A stretch of DNA of 64,000 nt, from assembly GCA_964641295.1 (NCBI GenBank), contig CAZXNA010000001.1, forward strand, positions 19,256 to 83,255, read 5' to 3'. Within the stretch, counting starts at the first letter, position 1, and each line of letters begins with the position of its first letter. Origin of the DNA: an uncultured Thermoanaerobaculia bacterium (GTDB lineage Bacteria > Acidobacteriota > Thermoanaerobaculia > Thermoanaerobaculales > Sulfomarinibacteraceae). The translations under genes and the position numbers were made by a program. The notes beneath the pieces are model-generated. The model saw only the letters and a list, made by a program, of their open reading frames with translations. It had not been told where the DNA came from and searched no databases. Below, piece after piece: positions 20,367 to 33,913 of this stretch.

Positions 20367-20919
20367 GGCCCTCGGACTCCGTCTCGACCCGGTCGTCTTC
20401 CGCCAGGGCCATGTGGATCTCCCGGCGGGCGGCCGGGGTCATGGGTGGCAGGGTCTGGGACCGGCCCGTGCGAACAACGCTCTCCGCTGCCTCCTCGGCC
20501 TTTCTGTGGAGGCTCCCGGCCCGCTTTTCCTTGAAGCTTCCCACGTCCACGTGGACCGGCGGATGGTCCCGCAACCTCCCGTCGAGGACCCGGTTGCAGA
20601 GATACTGAAGGCCATCAAGACCTTCTCCGCCCCGGGCGGTCAATAGGGTCGTGTCCGGACCCTCGAGATCCACGGCAAGGGTCTCGTTGCTTTCCCTCAA
20701 GTGGGCGCGAAGCTCCAGGCCTCCAGCGCGAAACGCTTCGGAAAGGAAAAGGCCCAGCGCGGCCGCCGGATCGAGGGAGGCTTCGATGGAAACAACGCCG
20801 TCACCTTCCTCGACGACCTCGTAGTGGATCTCCCCGAGACGAGCGCCGAGCCCGCTGCACGCGGCGCTGAGCACCTCGTCCAGGGTCTTGCCGGTGAAGC
20901 GCTGGGTTGCCACCGTCAC
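20320..20919 (-). CDS. jag: RNA-binding protein Jag/KhpB (Jag_N-KH-R3H)
   Basis: N-terminus FTGKTLDEVLSAAC, C-terminal R3H block PMTPAARREIHMAL...ETESEGRGFIKRVVV. Lies downstream of yidC. Confidence 0.85.
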   Translation of the reverse strand: MTVATQRFTGKTLDEVLSAACSGLGARLGEIHYEVVEEGDGVVSIEASLDPAAALGLFLSEAFRAGGLELRAHLRESNETLAVDLEGPDTTLLTARGGEGLDGLQYLCNRVLDGRLRDHPPVHVDVGSFKEKRAGSLHRKAEEAAESVVRTGRSQTLPPMTPAARREIHMALAEDDRVETESEGRGFIKRVVVRPRRRR

Positions 20920-22646
20920 TTCCTCCCCTTCCCCTTCTTCTTCGCGGATCCCCCCTTGCGCGACCCGGGAAGCTGCCGCTCACCGATCAGGTGGAGCGTC
21001 ACCTCCTGCTGGATGATGGTCAGGACGTTATTGGTCAGCCAGTAAAGGACCAGGCCCGAGGGGAAGCCCAGGAACATGATGCCGAAGATCAGGGGCATCA
21101 TGCGGAACATCTTCTGCTGGCTGGGATCTCCCGCCTGGGGCGCCAGCTTCTGCTGGAGCCACATGGTGAAGGTCATCAGGATCGGCGTGATGTAGTAGGG
21201 GTCCTTGGCGGAAAGATCCGTGATCCAGAAGATGAACGGGGCGTGCCGCAGCTCGATGGCGTAGGCGAAGAGCGTGTAGAGCGCCCAAAGGATGGGAAGC
21301 TGGATCAACATGGGTAGGCAGCCACCCATCGGGTTGACCCCCTCCACCTTGTACAGCTCCATGACCTCCTGGTTCATCTTCGCCCGAACCTGGGGGTCGC
21401 TCTTGCTCTTCTTGTACTTCTCCTGGATCGCCTTCACCTTCGGCTGGATCTTCTGCATCTTCCGCATGGACACCGTGGAAGTGTGCATCAGCGGAAAGAG
21501 CAGCATCCGGATAGCGAGCGTCAGGAGGATAATCGCCAGGCCCCAGTTTCCCACGTAAACCTGAATCCAACGAAGGACCTTGAGGAAAACCACGGAGATC
21601 GGGTGGAAGATGCCAAAGTGCAGCGTCTTCTCCACACCGCGGTCCACCTTCTGCAGCAGGTCGTACTCCTTGGGAGCCGTCAGGAGCTCCCCATGAAAGG
21701 GGTAGGACCTCGGCTTCACAAGAACCTGGAGAACCCGCCGATCCTCCTTCTTCACCTTCTTCTTGCCCTTGCCCTTGACCCCATCCTGCTCGTACACCCT
21801 GGCCTCTGGCAGCTCGAGCGGCACGATCCGCACGGCCTCGATCGACCCGGAATCCCGCATGACATCGAGGAAGTACGTGTCCTGGAACCCGGCGAAGACC
21901 AACCCCTCTCCGGAACGTTCGATGGGCTCCTTGACCTTTTTTCTCCGGAGCTTCTCGAGCTTGTCACCACTGAGGATTACGGCGTCGCCCCAGGTGGCGA
22001 AGCGATTCTCCTTTTCCACCTTGCCGATGTTCCGCATCCCCGTTCCCACGGCGACCCACGGATAACTGTCGGCCCCGTGGACCTCCACCTCGACCCCGAT
22101 GGCGTAGCTGCCCTTCTCCAGATGAATGGTCTTCACAATCTCCGTGGACCGTCCATCGGAGTACCGAGCCCGAAGAGACAGTCCGTCCACTTCAAGCTCG
22201 TAGGGCCTCGTATCAGGCCCCGCGTCCCCGACCAGCTGGAACGGCAGAGCCCGCCGAGCGAGCTTCACGTCCTGGATCAGCTCCAGCGGCCTTCCCTCAT
22301 CGTCATCGTAACGATCCAAAACCAAAGATGTTATGGCACCACCGCGACTCCCGATGACCAGGTGGACCAGTCCATTGTCCAACTCCAGACTGGACCTTCC
22401 GGTGGCGTCGGTAGCGGTTCCGATCTCTCCGCCGGTCCCGACTGCCAGCGTCTCTTCCTGCGGTCGATCTTCAGCCGCTGGACCGGCGGTTGCCTCCGAT
22501 GGGGCCGTCGGGGAAGGAGGCAACTGGGACGCCGTCGGTGTGAGGCCCGAATCCACAGGAGCCTTGGTCGGCGGGGGAAAGAGAACCGACCACACCATGA
22601 AGATCACGGCGGACAGTACGAATGCGAGGAGAAGTCTCTTTTCCAT
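20916..22646 (-). CDS. yidC: membrane protein insertase YidC (long form with periplasmic P1 domain)
   Basis: 576 aa; C-terminal 5-TM core with GNWGLAIILLTLAIRMLLFPL and GCLPMLIQLPILWALY. Confidence 0.95.
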   Translation of the reverse strand: MEKRLLLAFVLSAVIFMVWSVLFPPPTKAPVDSGLTPTASQLPPSPTAPSEATAGPAAEDRPQEETLAVGTGGEIGTATDATGRSSLELDNGLVHLVIGSRGGAITSLVLDRYDDDEGRPLELIQDVKLARRALPFQLVGDAGPDTRPYELEVDGLSLRARYSDGRSTEIVKTIHLEKGSYAIGVEVEVHGADSYPWVAVGTGMRNIGKVEKENRFATWGDAVILSGDKLEKLRRKKVKEPIERSGEGLVFAGFQDTYFLDVMRDSGSIEAVRIVPLELPEARVYEQDGVKGKGKKKVKKEDRRVLQVLVKPRSYPFHGELLTAPKEYDLLQKVDRGVEKTLHFGIFHPISVVFLKVLRWIQVYVGNWGLAIILLTLAIRMLLFPLMHTSTVSMRKMQKIQPKVKAIQEKYKKSKSDPQVRAKMNQEVMELYKVEGVNPMGGCLPMLIQLPILWALYTLFAYAIELRHAPFIFWITDLSAKDPYYITPILMTFTMWLQQKLAPQAGDPSQQKMFRMMPLIFGIMFLGFPSGLVLYWLTNNVLTIIQQEVTLHLIGERQLPGSRKGGSAKKKGKGRK

Positions 22647-22655
22647 TCTCTGGCG

Positions 22656-23360
22656 CTACTTCCTTTCACGGTACGGGATCGTGGCCCCCGGGGTGGAAGG
22701 GGTGGCAGCGTAGCACGCGCTTAAGACCCATCCACCCGCCCCGGAAGAACCCGTACTTCCCAATGGCCTCCGCAGTGTACTCCGAGCAGGTCGGCTGGTA
22801 CCGGCACGCCGGCGGAAGCGCCGGCGAGATCCACCGCTTGTAGAACCGGAGGAGCCAGACGGCTGCCCGAGCTCCAGCTCCAACTCCCTCAGACACCGAA
22901 GATACTCCGCCACAAGCTCGGCCCACGGCACGCGGTCGAGCCCCTTCCTGGCGTTGACGACCAGGTCGATTCCCGTTCCCTCCACACCTCCGTATAGCCG
23001 CTGAAGCTCCCGCAGACGCCGCTTGCACCGTGACCGGCGCACAGCTCCACCGACCTTCCGAGAGGCGGTGATACCGAAACGGTTTTCACGGGATTCATCC
23101 TCCCGCCGGCATGCGAAGACAACCATCCACCGGCCGTGCACACGCCGACCCCGCCGGTAGACCTTTTGGAAATCCCGGCTTTGCCGAAGGCGCGCCGTAC
23201 CGCTGAAGCTCCGCCGGCTCAGGCGGCCAGGCGCCGACGCCCCTTGCGGCGCCGTGCGGCCAGGATCTTCCGCCCGTTGCGGGTGCGCATCCGCGCACGA
23301 AAGCCGTGTTTCTTGCTCCGGCGCCTGTTGTTTGGTTGAAACGTCCTCTTCATGGTTCAT
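22656..23360 (-). CDS. rnpA: RNase P protein component (boundaries unusual: the frame is open across rpmH upstream and yidD downstream)
   Basis: Core [28 protein letters not shown]...[22 protein letters not shown] (RNR-type basic motif). There is no ATG/GTG/TTG in frame between ATG 23360 and the conserved N-terminal block (only a CTG at ~23219). The first in-frame stop is at 22656. Confidence 0.6.
   Translation of the reverse strand: MNHEEDVSTKQQAPEQETRLSCADAHPQRAEDPGRTAPQGASAPGRLSRRSFSGTARLRQSRDFQKVYRRGRRVHGRWMVVFACRREDESRENRFGITASRKVGGAVRRSRCKRRLRELQRLYGGVEGTGIDLVVNARKGLDRVPWAELVAEYLRCLRELELELGQPSGSSGSTSGGSRRRFRRRAGTSRPARSTLRRPLGSTGSSGAGGWVLSACYAATPSTPGATIPYRERK
22666..22896 (-). CDS. yidD: membrane protein insertion efficiency factor YidD
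   Basis: ORF 22666..23028 trimmed to GTG 22896. Signature [35 protein letters not shown]. Lies entirely inside the still-open rnpA frame. Confidence 0.8.
   Translation of the reverse strand: MSEGVGAGARAAVWLLRFYKRWISPALPPACRYQPTCSEYTAEAIGKYGFFRGGWMGLKRVLRCHPFHPGGHDPVP
23219..23353 (-). CDS. rpmH: 50S ribosomal protein L34
   Basis: Too short for the ORF track. Minus strand from ATG 23353 reads [44 protein letters not shown] then TGA. Confidence 0.95.
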   Translation of the reverse strand: MKRTFQPNNRRRSKKHGFRARMRTRNGRKILAARRRKGRRRLAA

Positions 23361-23385
23361 CACTCTCCAAAAACTCGGGCGGGTC

Positions 23386-23414
23386 ACCTTACCCGAAGGG
23401 GTGTCGCGTGTCAA
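23386..23414 (-). promoter_or_regulatory. sigma70-like promoter for rpmH-rnpA
   Basis: Minus strand reads TTGACA (23414..23409), 17 nt, TAAGGT (23391..23386). Confidence 0.5.
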
Positions 23415-23477
23415 CCTCCCCTTGGTGCCGCTGGAAGACCCTCCCCGAAAAAAAACATGATAACCTTCTACGTTGTC

Positions 23478-24770
23478 ATGGACCAGTGGAGCTCACTTCA
23501 ACCTCATCTGCGGCAAATGCTCGGCGACGACGAGTACGCGACCTGGATTGCCCCCCTCGAGGTCATCGCCATCAACGAGGACTCCATCGTCCTTGGAAGC
23601 TCTAACAAGATCGTCGCCGACTGGGTCCGCGACCATCTCCTCCGGGATATCCAAACGGTCGCCAGAAGCCAGTTCGGGTCCTCCTTCAACATTCGCTTCG
23701 TCACCGATGGCTCACCAAGCCAGCCCGCCAAGCGAAGCGCGGCGACGTCCAGCATCCCTAACCTCAATCCCAACTTCACTTTTGAACGCTTTGTCATCGG
23801 CCCTTCCAACCAGTTCGCTGCTGCTGCAGCCGAGGCCGTCGCGGACAAACCAGGTGAGGCCTACAACCCGCTTTTCATTTACGGCGGGGCGGGCCTGGGA
23901 AAGACCCACCTTCTCCACGCCATCGCCCATCGCATCGCCGAAAAGCATCACGACCTCAACCACATCGTCTACATGACGACCGAACATTTCGTCAACGACC
24001 TGATCAACTGCATCCGTCATAAGCGCATGGATGAGTTTCGATCCAAGCTCAGGGCCTGTGACGTACTTCTCCTGGACGATATCCAGTTCATCGCGGGAAA
24101 GGAAAGAACCCAGGAGGAGTTCTTTCACACCTTCAACACGCTTCAATCGGCGGGACGTCAGGTGGTCTTCACCTCCGACTCCAGGCCCGCCAACATTCCG
24201 GGCCTCGAGGATCGTCTCCGTTCCCGTTTCCTCCAGGGTCTCCTCGCCGACATCCAGCCGCCCGATCTCGAGACTCGCTGCGCCATCCTACGGGAGAAGG
24301 CGCGGGCCGCCGGTTGGCAACTCCCCGAAGACGTCGTTCTTTTCATCTCCCGCCGCGTTCAGAAGAACGTTCGTGAGCTCGAAGGCTGCCTCAACCGCAC
24401 CATCGCCTACGCCCAGCTGACAACCAACCCCATCACCGTCGACCTGGTTCGGACCGCCCTCGCCGAACTGATGCCGGAGGAGAGAAGAACCTCGCCCGCC
24501 GACATCATCCGCTTCGTCGCCCACCACTACGGCGTTCGCGTCGCCGACCTCAAGGGACGCTCCAACCGCCGTTCCATCGCCCTGCCCCGCCAGGTCGCCA
24601 TGTACCTCATCCGGACCATCCTCCACCTGAGCTTTCCGGAGATCGGCAAGATCTTCTCCAAGCACCACTCCACCGTCATTTACGCCGTGGACTCCGTTCA
24701 AAAGGCCCGTCAGTCCAACCCTGATTTTGACGCGACCCTGACCTCCTTCCAGGACCATTTCGCCGCCTGA
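23478..24770 (+). CDS. dnaA: chromosomal replication initiator DnaA
   Basis: ORF 23352..24770 trimmed to MDQWSSLQPHLRQMLGDDEYATWIAPL (alternative ATG at 23457). AAA+ Walker A GGAGLGKTHLLHAI; C-terminal DNA-binding helix KHHSTVIYAV. Confidence 0.95.
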   Translation: MDQWSSLQPHLRQMLGDDEYATWIAPLEVIAINEDSIVLGSSNKIVADWVRDHLLRDIQTVARSQFGSSFNIRFVTDGSPSQPAKRSAATSSIPNLNPNFTFERFVIGPSNQFAAAAAEAVADKPGEAYNPLFIYGGAGLGKTHLLHAIAHRIAEKHHDLNHIVYMTTEHFVNDLINCIRHKRMDEFRSKLRACDVLLLDDIQFIAGKERTQEEFFHTFNTLQSAGRQVVFTSDSRPANIPGLEDRLRSRFLQGLLADIQPPDLETRCAILREKARAAGWQLPEDVVLFISRRVQKNVRELEGCLNRTIAYAQLTTNPITVDLVRTALAELMPEERRTSPADIIRFVAHHYGVRVADLKGRSNRRSIALPRQVAMYLIRTILHLSFPEIGKIFSKHHSTVIYAVDSVQKARQSNPDFDATLTSFQDHFAA

Positions 24771-25007
24771 GCCCTCGGTTTTCCACAACCAGGCTGTGGA
24801 AAACGACTGTCCACCTGTGCATCATTCAGTTTTCCACACCTTTGCACAGGTCATCCGAAGGAATCTCGACAGGTCCACTCCGCCTTAAGATCCCCCATGG
24901 ACATTAGATGGGAGAATCACCGAGATATCCACACCCTCGACGACGACGATGATCTATGCTATTTTTATGAATGTGAGAGACTTAGTCATCATCATAGGGA
25001 GTCGCCC
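24771..25007. other. oriC candidate: DnaA-box cluster plus AT-rich unwinding element
   Basis: DnaA boxes: TTTTCCACA at 24779..24787; TGTGGAAAA (reverse orientation) at 24795..24803; TTTTCCACA at 24830..24838; ATATCCACA at 24925..24933. Weaker TGTCCAC and GGTCCAC variants also occur. The AT-rich stretch gatctatgctatttttatgaatgtgagagacttagtcatcatcata lies at 24951..24996. Confidence 0.75.
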
Positions 25008-26111
25008 ATGGAGTTGAAACTGGAAAAAACCCACGTGTTGCAAGAGCTTTCCGTGCTCCAAGGGGTTGTGGAACGCCGTACGACCATCCCAATCCTCTCC
25101 AAGGTGCTGGCGGAGGCGGCCGATGGGCGTCTCAAGATGACGGCGACCGACCTGGACATGACCATCATGACCAGCTGCCCGGCCGTGGTGGAGGGTGAGG
25201 GCCGGATGGCCCTGGAGAGCCGCGTTTTCCAGGATCTTGTGCGGAATCTGCCCGAGGAATCGTTCACCATGCGTCAGAAAGGGGATACGGTCCACATCAG
25301 CAGTGGACGTTTCCGTTCGCACATGCCCGTGGCCGATGCGGCGGAGTACCCCACGGTGCCGGCACCTCCAGAGGCCGGTTCGTACGCCCTGCCCCTCGAT
25401 CTCTTTCAGCTCATGGTTCAGCGGGTTGCCTTCGCCATCACCAAGGATGATCCGAAGTTCCAGCTCAACGGGGCGCTGGTCAAACTCCTTCCGGGAGAAA
25501 TCGAAATCGCCGCGACCGACGGTCATCGCCTGGCGGTCGTGCGGTCCAAGGCGCCGGAGATGGACGTGCCCTTCGAGCAGCAGCTCTTTCCACGGAAGCT
25601 TCTCGACGAATTGTCGCGCTTCACGGATGAAACGGTTGTTCTGGCGGCGGCGGAAAACCACCTTGGATTCAAGATCGGTGATCGCAACGTCGTTTCCCGA
25701 GTCGTCGAGCTTCGCTTTCCTCAGTACGAGAGGGTGATCGTCCGGGACAATCCCAACCGCGTCCGGATCGGCCGCAACGAGCTTCTTGCCTCCCTGCGTC
25801 GGGTCAGCCTCATGGCCCACGAAAAGGCGCGCGGCGTCCGATTCAAGCTCGACGCCGGAGGTGAGCTGACCCTGGTCAGCATCGGCTATGACCGGGGCGG
25901 CGCCGAGGAAACCCTCATGGTGGCCTATCAGGGGGAGAGTCTCGACATCGCCCTGAACGCCGCGTACATGATGGACGTTCTCAAGGTTCTCGACTGCGAG
26001 CAGGTTGAGCTTCAACTCCGGGATTCGGGTACCCAGTGCGTCGTCGTCCCCGTTGACGACGATCAGCGCTTGGAGGAGTACATCTATGTCCTCATGCCCA
26101 TGAGGATCTGA
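25008..26111 (+). CDS. dnaN: DNA polymerase III beta sliding clamp
   Basis: ORF 24897..26111 trimmed to ATG 25008 (GGGAG upstream). MELKLEKTHVLQELSVLQGVVERRTTIPILSKVL is a typical DnaN start; 367 aa. Confidence 0.95.
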   Translation: MELKLEKTHVLQELSVLQGVVERRTTIPILSKVLAEAADGRLKMTATDLDMTIMTSCPAVVEGEGRMALESRVFQDLVRNLPEESFTMRQKGDTVHISSGRFRSHMPVADAAEYPTVPAPPEAGSYALPLDLFQLMVQRVAFAITKDDPKFQLNGALVKLLPGEIEIAATDGHRLAVVRSKAPEMDVPFEQQLFPRKLLDELSRFTDETVVLAAAENHLGFKIGDRNVVSRVVELRFPQYERVIVRDNPNRVRIGRNELLASLRRVSLMAHEKARGVRFKLDAGGELTLVSIGYDRGGAEETLMVAYQGESLDIALNAAYMMDVLKVLDCEQVELQLRDSGTQCVVVPVDDDQRLEEYIYVLMPMRI

Positions 26112-26116
26112 ACCGG

Positions 26117-29661
<3,545 letters not shown>

Positions 29662-29663
29662 GT

Positions 29664-32180
29664 ATGAACGAACATCGAATCCAGACTGCCGGCGACCAGA
29701 GGCCGGTCGCCATCGAGGAGGAGCTCAAGCGCTCCTACCTCGACTACGCCATGTCCGTCATCATCGGCCGCGCGCTCCCCGATGTGCGCGACGGTCTCAA
29801 GCCGGTCCACCGGCGGATCCTCTACGGAATGTGGGAGGGAGGCAACACTGCCTCCAGGCCCTACAAGAAGTCCGCCCGGATCGTCGGCGACGTCATGGGT
29901 AAGTACCACCCCCACGGCGACTCGGCCATTTACGACACCATCGTCCGCATGGCTCAGGATTTTTCCATGCGCCACCCCCTGATCGACGGTCAAGGGAACT
30001 TCGGCTCCGTCGACGGCGACGCGGCGGCCGCCATGCGCTACACGGAGGTGCGACTGACCCGCCTGGCCGAGGAGATGCTCGGCGACGACATCGGCAAGGA
30101 GACCGTCGACTGGCTGCCCAACTACGACGGCTCCCTCAAGGAGCCGGTCGTTCTGCCGGCCCGCTTCCCCAACCTCCTGGTCAACGGCTCCTCGGGTATC
30201 GCCGTCGGCATGGCGACCAACATCCCGCCCCACAACCTCGGGGAGATCGTGGACGCCTGCATCGCCCTGATCCGGAACCCCGAGCTCAGCGCGGAGGAGC
30301 TGCGGCGCATCGTGCCTGGACCGGACTTCCCAACGGCGGCGTTCATCCATGGTCACAAGGGGATCGTCGACGCCTATGCCACGGGCCGCGGGGTCATCAA
30401 GATGCGCGCGCGGGCGGTCATTGAACATCGGGAGAAGGGCAACCGAACGGCCATCGTCGTCCGGGAGCTCCCCTACCAGGTCAACAAGGCGCGGCTCGTG
30501 GAGCAGATCGCCAACCTGGTGCAATCGAAGAAGCTGGAAGGCATCTCCGACCTCCGGGACGAGTCGGACCGGGAGGGGATCCGCGTCGTCATCGAGCTCA
30601 AGCGCGACGCCGTGCCCGAGATCGTCCTCAACAACCTCTACAAGCACACCCAGATGCAGACGACCTTCGGGATCATCCTTCTCGGCGTCATCAACAATGA
30701 GCCCAGGGTCTTCACCCTCCGGCAGCTGCTCGAGCACTTCATCGACCACCGCAAGGAGGTCGTCGTCCGGAGAACCAGGTTCGATCTCGATCGTGCCCGG
30801 GAGCGGGCGCACATTCTCGAAGGCCTCGTCATCGCTCTGGACAACCTCGACGAGGTCATCGCCCTGATCCGTGCGGCGGCCGATCCTCCGACCGCCAAGA
30901 CCGGGCTGATGGAGCGCTTCGGCCTTTCCGCCATCCAGGCCCAGGCGATCCTCGACATGCGGCTCCAGCGTCTGACCGGCCTCGAACGGGACAAGATCGT
31001 TGCGGAATACAAGGAGTTGCTGGCCCTCATCGAGTATCTGGAGAAGATCCTCCAGACGGAGAGGATGGTTCTCGACATCATCGTCGAGGAGCTCGGGGAG
31101 ATCCGGAAGAAGTACGCCGACGAGCGGCGTACGGAAATCATCGCCGACACGGCGGACTTTTCCATCGAGGATCTGATCGCCGAGGAGGAAATGGTCATCA
31201 CCGTCAGCCGAGGAGGCTACATCAAGCGTTCGGCTCTTTCGGTCTACCGTTCCCAACGCCGCGGTGGGCGGGGACGCCGGGGTATGGGCACCAAGGAGGA
31301 GGATGTCGTCGAGCACCTCTTCGTCGCATCCACCCATGCCACGGTGCTGTTTTTTACGTCCACCGGCCGGGTTTTCGCCAAGAAGATCCACGAGCTTCCC
31401 GCCGTCGGTCCAGCCTCCAAGGGGCGGTACCTGCGGAACTTCCTCCAACTCACTTCGGACGAGAAGGTCGCCGCGTTGCTGGCCATCCGGGATTTTACGG
31501 AGTTGGAGGACGCCTACCTGATTTTCGCAACCCGGCTGGGCAAGGTGAAGCGGACCCGCCTGACGGAGTACGCCAACATTCGCTCCACCGGGATCCGGGC
31601 CGTCGCCATCAACGAGGGGGACGACCTGCTGACCGTCCACCTGACCAACGGCACCCACCACGTCTTCATGGGCACCCACCACGGGTTCGGGATCCGCTTC
31701 GTCGAGACCGATGCCCGTCCCATGGGCCGCGTTTCAGCGGGCGTCAAGGGCATCAACCTCCGCGAAGGGGACTGGGTCGAGGAGGTCGCGACCTTCGAGC
31801 CCGAGGACAAGGGCGACATCCTCGTGGTGACCAGCCTGGGTTACGGCAAGCGAACGCCGGTCTCCGAGTTCCGGCTCCAGGGCCGTGGCGGGTACGGCAT
31901 CACCCTGGTTCGCCTTACGGAGAAGAACGGCACCGTCGCCGGGATCCGCTTCGTCCATGACGACGATCAGATCCTCCTGGTGACGGAGCAGGGCATGCTG
32001 ATCCGCATGGACGTCGCGGAGGTGCGGCGCATCGGGCGGGCGACCCAGGGCGTGCGCTTGATTCGCGTGGAGCCCCCAGACCAGGTGGTCGCCGTCGCCA
32101 AGTTGGCCGAGCGTGAGGAGGAGAACGGACCCGACGACGGTGACGCGTCGGAAGAGCCCCAGGTGGACCCTGGCGCCTGA
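29664..32180 (+). CDS. gyrA: DNA gyrase subunit A
   Basis: [31 protein letters not shown]; active-site region [11 protein letters not shown]; 838 aa. Confidence 0.97.
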   Translation: MNEHRIQTAGDQRPVAIEEELKRSYLDYAMSVIIGRALPDVRDGLKPVHRRILYGMWEGGNTASRPYKKSARIVGDVMGKYHPHGDSAIYDTIVRMAQDFSMRHPLIDGQGNFGSVDGDAAAAMRYTEVRLTRLAEEMLGDDIGKETVDWLPNYDGSLKEPVVLPARFPNLLVNGSSGIAVGMATNIPPHNLGEIVDACIALIRNPELSAEELRRIVPGPDFPTAAFIHGHKGIVDAYATGRGVIKMRARAVIEHREKGNRTAIVVRELPYQVNKARLVEQIANLVQSKKLEGISDLRDESDREGIRVVIELKRDAVPEIVLNNLYKHTQMQTTFGIILLGVINNEPRVFTLRQLLEHFIDHRKEVVVRRTRFDLDRARERAHILEGLVIALDNLDEVIALIRAAADPPTAKTGLMERFGLSAIQAQAILDMRLQRLTGLERDKIVAEYKELLALIEYLEKILQTERMVLDIIVEELGEIRKKYADERRTEIIADTADFSIEDLIAEEEMVITVSRGGYIKRSALSVYRSQRRGGRGRRGMGTKEEDVVEHLFVASTHATVLFFTSTGRVFAKKIHELPAVGPASKGRYLRNFLQLTSDEKVAALLAIRDFTELEDAYLIFATRLGKVKRTRLTEYANIRSTGIRAVAINEGDDLLTVHLTNGTHHVFMGTHHGFGIRFVETDARPMGRVSAGVKGINLREGDWVEEVATFEPEDKGDILVVTSLGYGKRTPVSEFRLQGRGGYGITLVRLTEKNGTVAGIRFVHDDDQILLVTEQGMLIRMDVAEVRRIGRATQGVRLIRVEPPDQVVAVAKLAEREEENGPDDGDASEEPQVDPGA

Positions 32181-32257
32181 GGGCGCGGATCGCACGATGA
32201 TCGTGGGCCGCCATCGCCCCAACATACCTCGGCGTGGAGCGGGCGGGATCGTGAGCC

Positions 32258-32800
32258 GTGGAAGGTAGCGTCCCTGCCCGCGCCATCGTCCACCAGGAGG
32301 GCGTGCTGGCCCTTCTGACGCTGATCGGACTGGGCCTGCGCGATGGATCTCCCCTCCCGGGCCTCCTGCCCCGCGGTTCCCTCTGGATCAGTATCGGCGT
32401 GGGGGTTGGGGCGGGGGTCGTCCTGGCGGTTCTGGGCCTTGCCGCGAGGTGGACCGGTCCCGGCCGGCACCTGGAGGAACTCCAGCGGCGTCTCGTGGGC
32501 GCCTGGTCACCCGCCGACGCTGTGGCGGTGGCCCTGCTGTCGGGCCTGGCCGAGGAAGCGCTGGTCCGGGCCCTCCTTCAGCCCTTCCTCGGCCTTCTGC
32601 CGGCGGCCCTCCTCTTCGCCCTGCTCCATATCGTTCCCGACCGGCGGGCCTGGATGTGGCCTCTGGTGGCCTTGGGTTTCGGGATCGTGCTGGGCCTCCT
32701 CTTCGATCGCTGGGGTTACCCGGCGGCAGCCGCCGCACACCTCACAGTCAACGTCATTGGGCTGCTTCGCCTCATCGGACGGGAAGAGGATGAGGGCTGA
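32258..32800 (+). CDS. CPBP family intramembrane glutamic endopeptidase (CAAX protease/Abi)
   Basis: Motifs LAEEALVRALL (EExxxR) and LFALLHIV (FxxxH); several TM segments; GTG start. Confidence 0.75.
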   Translation: MEGSVPARAIVHQEGVLALLTLIGLGLRDGSPLPGLLPRGSLWISIGVGVGAGVVLAVLGLAARWTGPGRHLEELQRRLVGAWSPADAVAVALLSGLAEEALVRALLQPFLGLLPAALLFALLHIVPDRRAWMWPLVALGFGIVLGLLFDRWGYPAAAAAHLTVNVIGLLRLIGREEDEG

Positions 32801-33025
32801 GGAAGCGAAGATGTGACGATCCGAAGAGGGGGTGGAACTCCTCGGTGGTGTGAAGGTCGGCCGTCCGTTGGATGACGACTCCGGGCCGGTTGGGCCCTGC
32901 GTTGGGCCGTGGTCCGATGGACAGTTCCCGGCGGGGGCAGGTCCGGGCCGCGGGAGGCGTCGCCACAGGGTCGCCAACTGTGTACAATACGGGCTGGTCC
33001 GCGCGCGCGGATCGTGGAGGTGGCC

Positions 33026-33913
33026 ATGGGTTTCGATGATCCACAGTTTCGTGTAAAGGTTGGGCTTGCCGAGATGCTCAAGGGCGGCGTCATCATGGAC
33101 GTCACCAACGCCGAGCAGGCCCGCATCGCCGAGGAAGCCGGCGCGGTGGCCGTCATGGCCCTGGAGCGCGTACCGGCGGACATCCGCGCCGAGGGCGGCG
33201 TCGCGCGCATGTCCCCCGTCTCCAAGATCCGTGAGATCCAGGAGACGGTCTCCATCCCCGTCATGGCCAAGTGCCGTATCGGTCACGTGGCAGAGGCGAA
33301 GATTCTTGAGGCCATGGAGGTCGATTTCATCGACGAGAGCGAGGTCCTGACCCCGGCGGACGAGGAGAACCACGTTTACAAGCACCCCTTCAAGGTCCCC
33401 TTCGTTTGCGGGTGCCGCAACCTGGGGGAGGCGCTTCGCCGGATCGGCGAGGGCGCCGCCATGATCCGCACCAAGGGGGAGGCCGGCTCGGGGAACATCG
33501 TCGAGGCCGTGCGTCACCTGCGGACGGTCCAGCGCCAGATCCGCACCCTGAGCATCCTGGACGAACACGAGCTGATGGCCCAGGCCAAGGAGCTCGGGGC
33601 GCCGTTCGAGCTGGTGCAGTACGTGGCCGAAAACGGCAAGCTGCCGGTGCCCAACTTCGCCGCCGGCGGCGTCGCAACCCCGGCGGACGCCGCCCTGTGC
33701 ATGATGCTGGGCGCCGAGTCGGTCTTCGTCGGCTCCGGGATCTTCAAGTCCTCCGATCCCGCCAACCGGGCGCGGGCCATCGTCGCCGCCGTCACCCACT
33801 GGCAGGACCCGGCCAAGCTCGTGGAGATTTCCGCGGGGCTTGGGGAGCCCATGTCGGGGCTGGATATCGCCAAGCTGACGCCCGAGGAGATGCTGTCCCG
33901 CCGGGGCTGGTAA
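33026..33913 (+). CDS. pdxS: pyridoxal 5'-phosphate synthase lyase subunit PdxS
   Basis: ORF 32909..33913 trimmed to ATG 33026 (GGAGG 6 nt upstream). [45 protein letters not shown]. Confidence 0.96.
   Translation: MGFDDPQFRVKVGLAEMLKGGVIMDVTNAEQARIAEEAGAVAVMALERVPADIRAEGGVARMSPVSKIREIQETVSIPVMAKCRIGHVAEAKILEAMEVDFIDESEVLTPADEENHVYKHPFKVPFVCGCRNLGEALRRIGEGAAMIRTKGEAGSGNIVEAVRHLRTVQRQIRTLSILDEHELMAQAKELGAPFELVQYVAENGKLPVPNFAAGGVATPADAALCMMLGAESVFVGSGIFKSSDPANRARAIVAAVTHWQDPAKLVEISAGLGEPMSGLDIAKLTPEEMLSRRGW

Noticed and set aside
20545-20556. 12-bp palindrome GTCCACGTGGAC as a third parS
   Set aside because: It shares only the CACGTG core. 4 of the 12 positions differ from TTTCACGTGAAA, and it lies in the jag coding sequence. 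The same applies to TCCACGTGGA at 59564..59573 and the TCACGTGA cores at ~26630 and ~52813.
23354-23477. rpmH-dnaA spacer as the origin
   Set aside because: It contains promoter-like elements and an A8 tract but no convincing DnaA box. The box cluster and AT-rich element lie in the dnaA-dnaN spacer instead.
32983-32988. TACAAT hexamer upstream of pdxS as an extended -10 promoter
   Set aside because: The TG is offset by one position from the extended -10 rule and the -35 (TCGCCA) is poor. It is plausible but not supportable as a feature.
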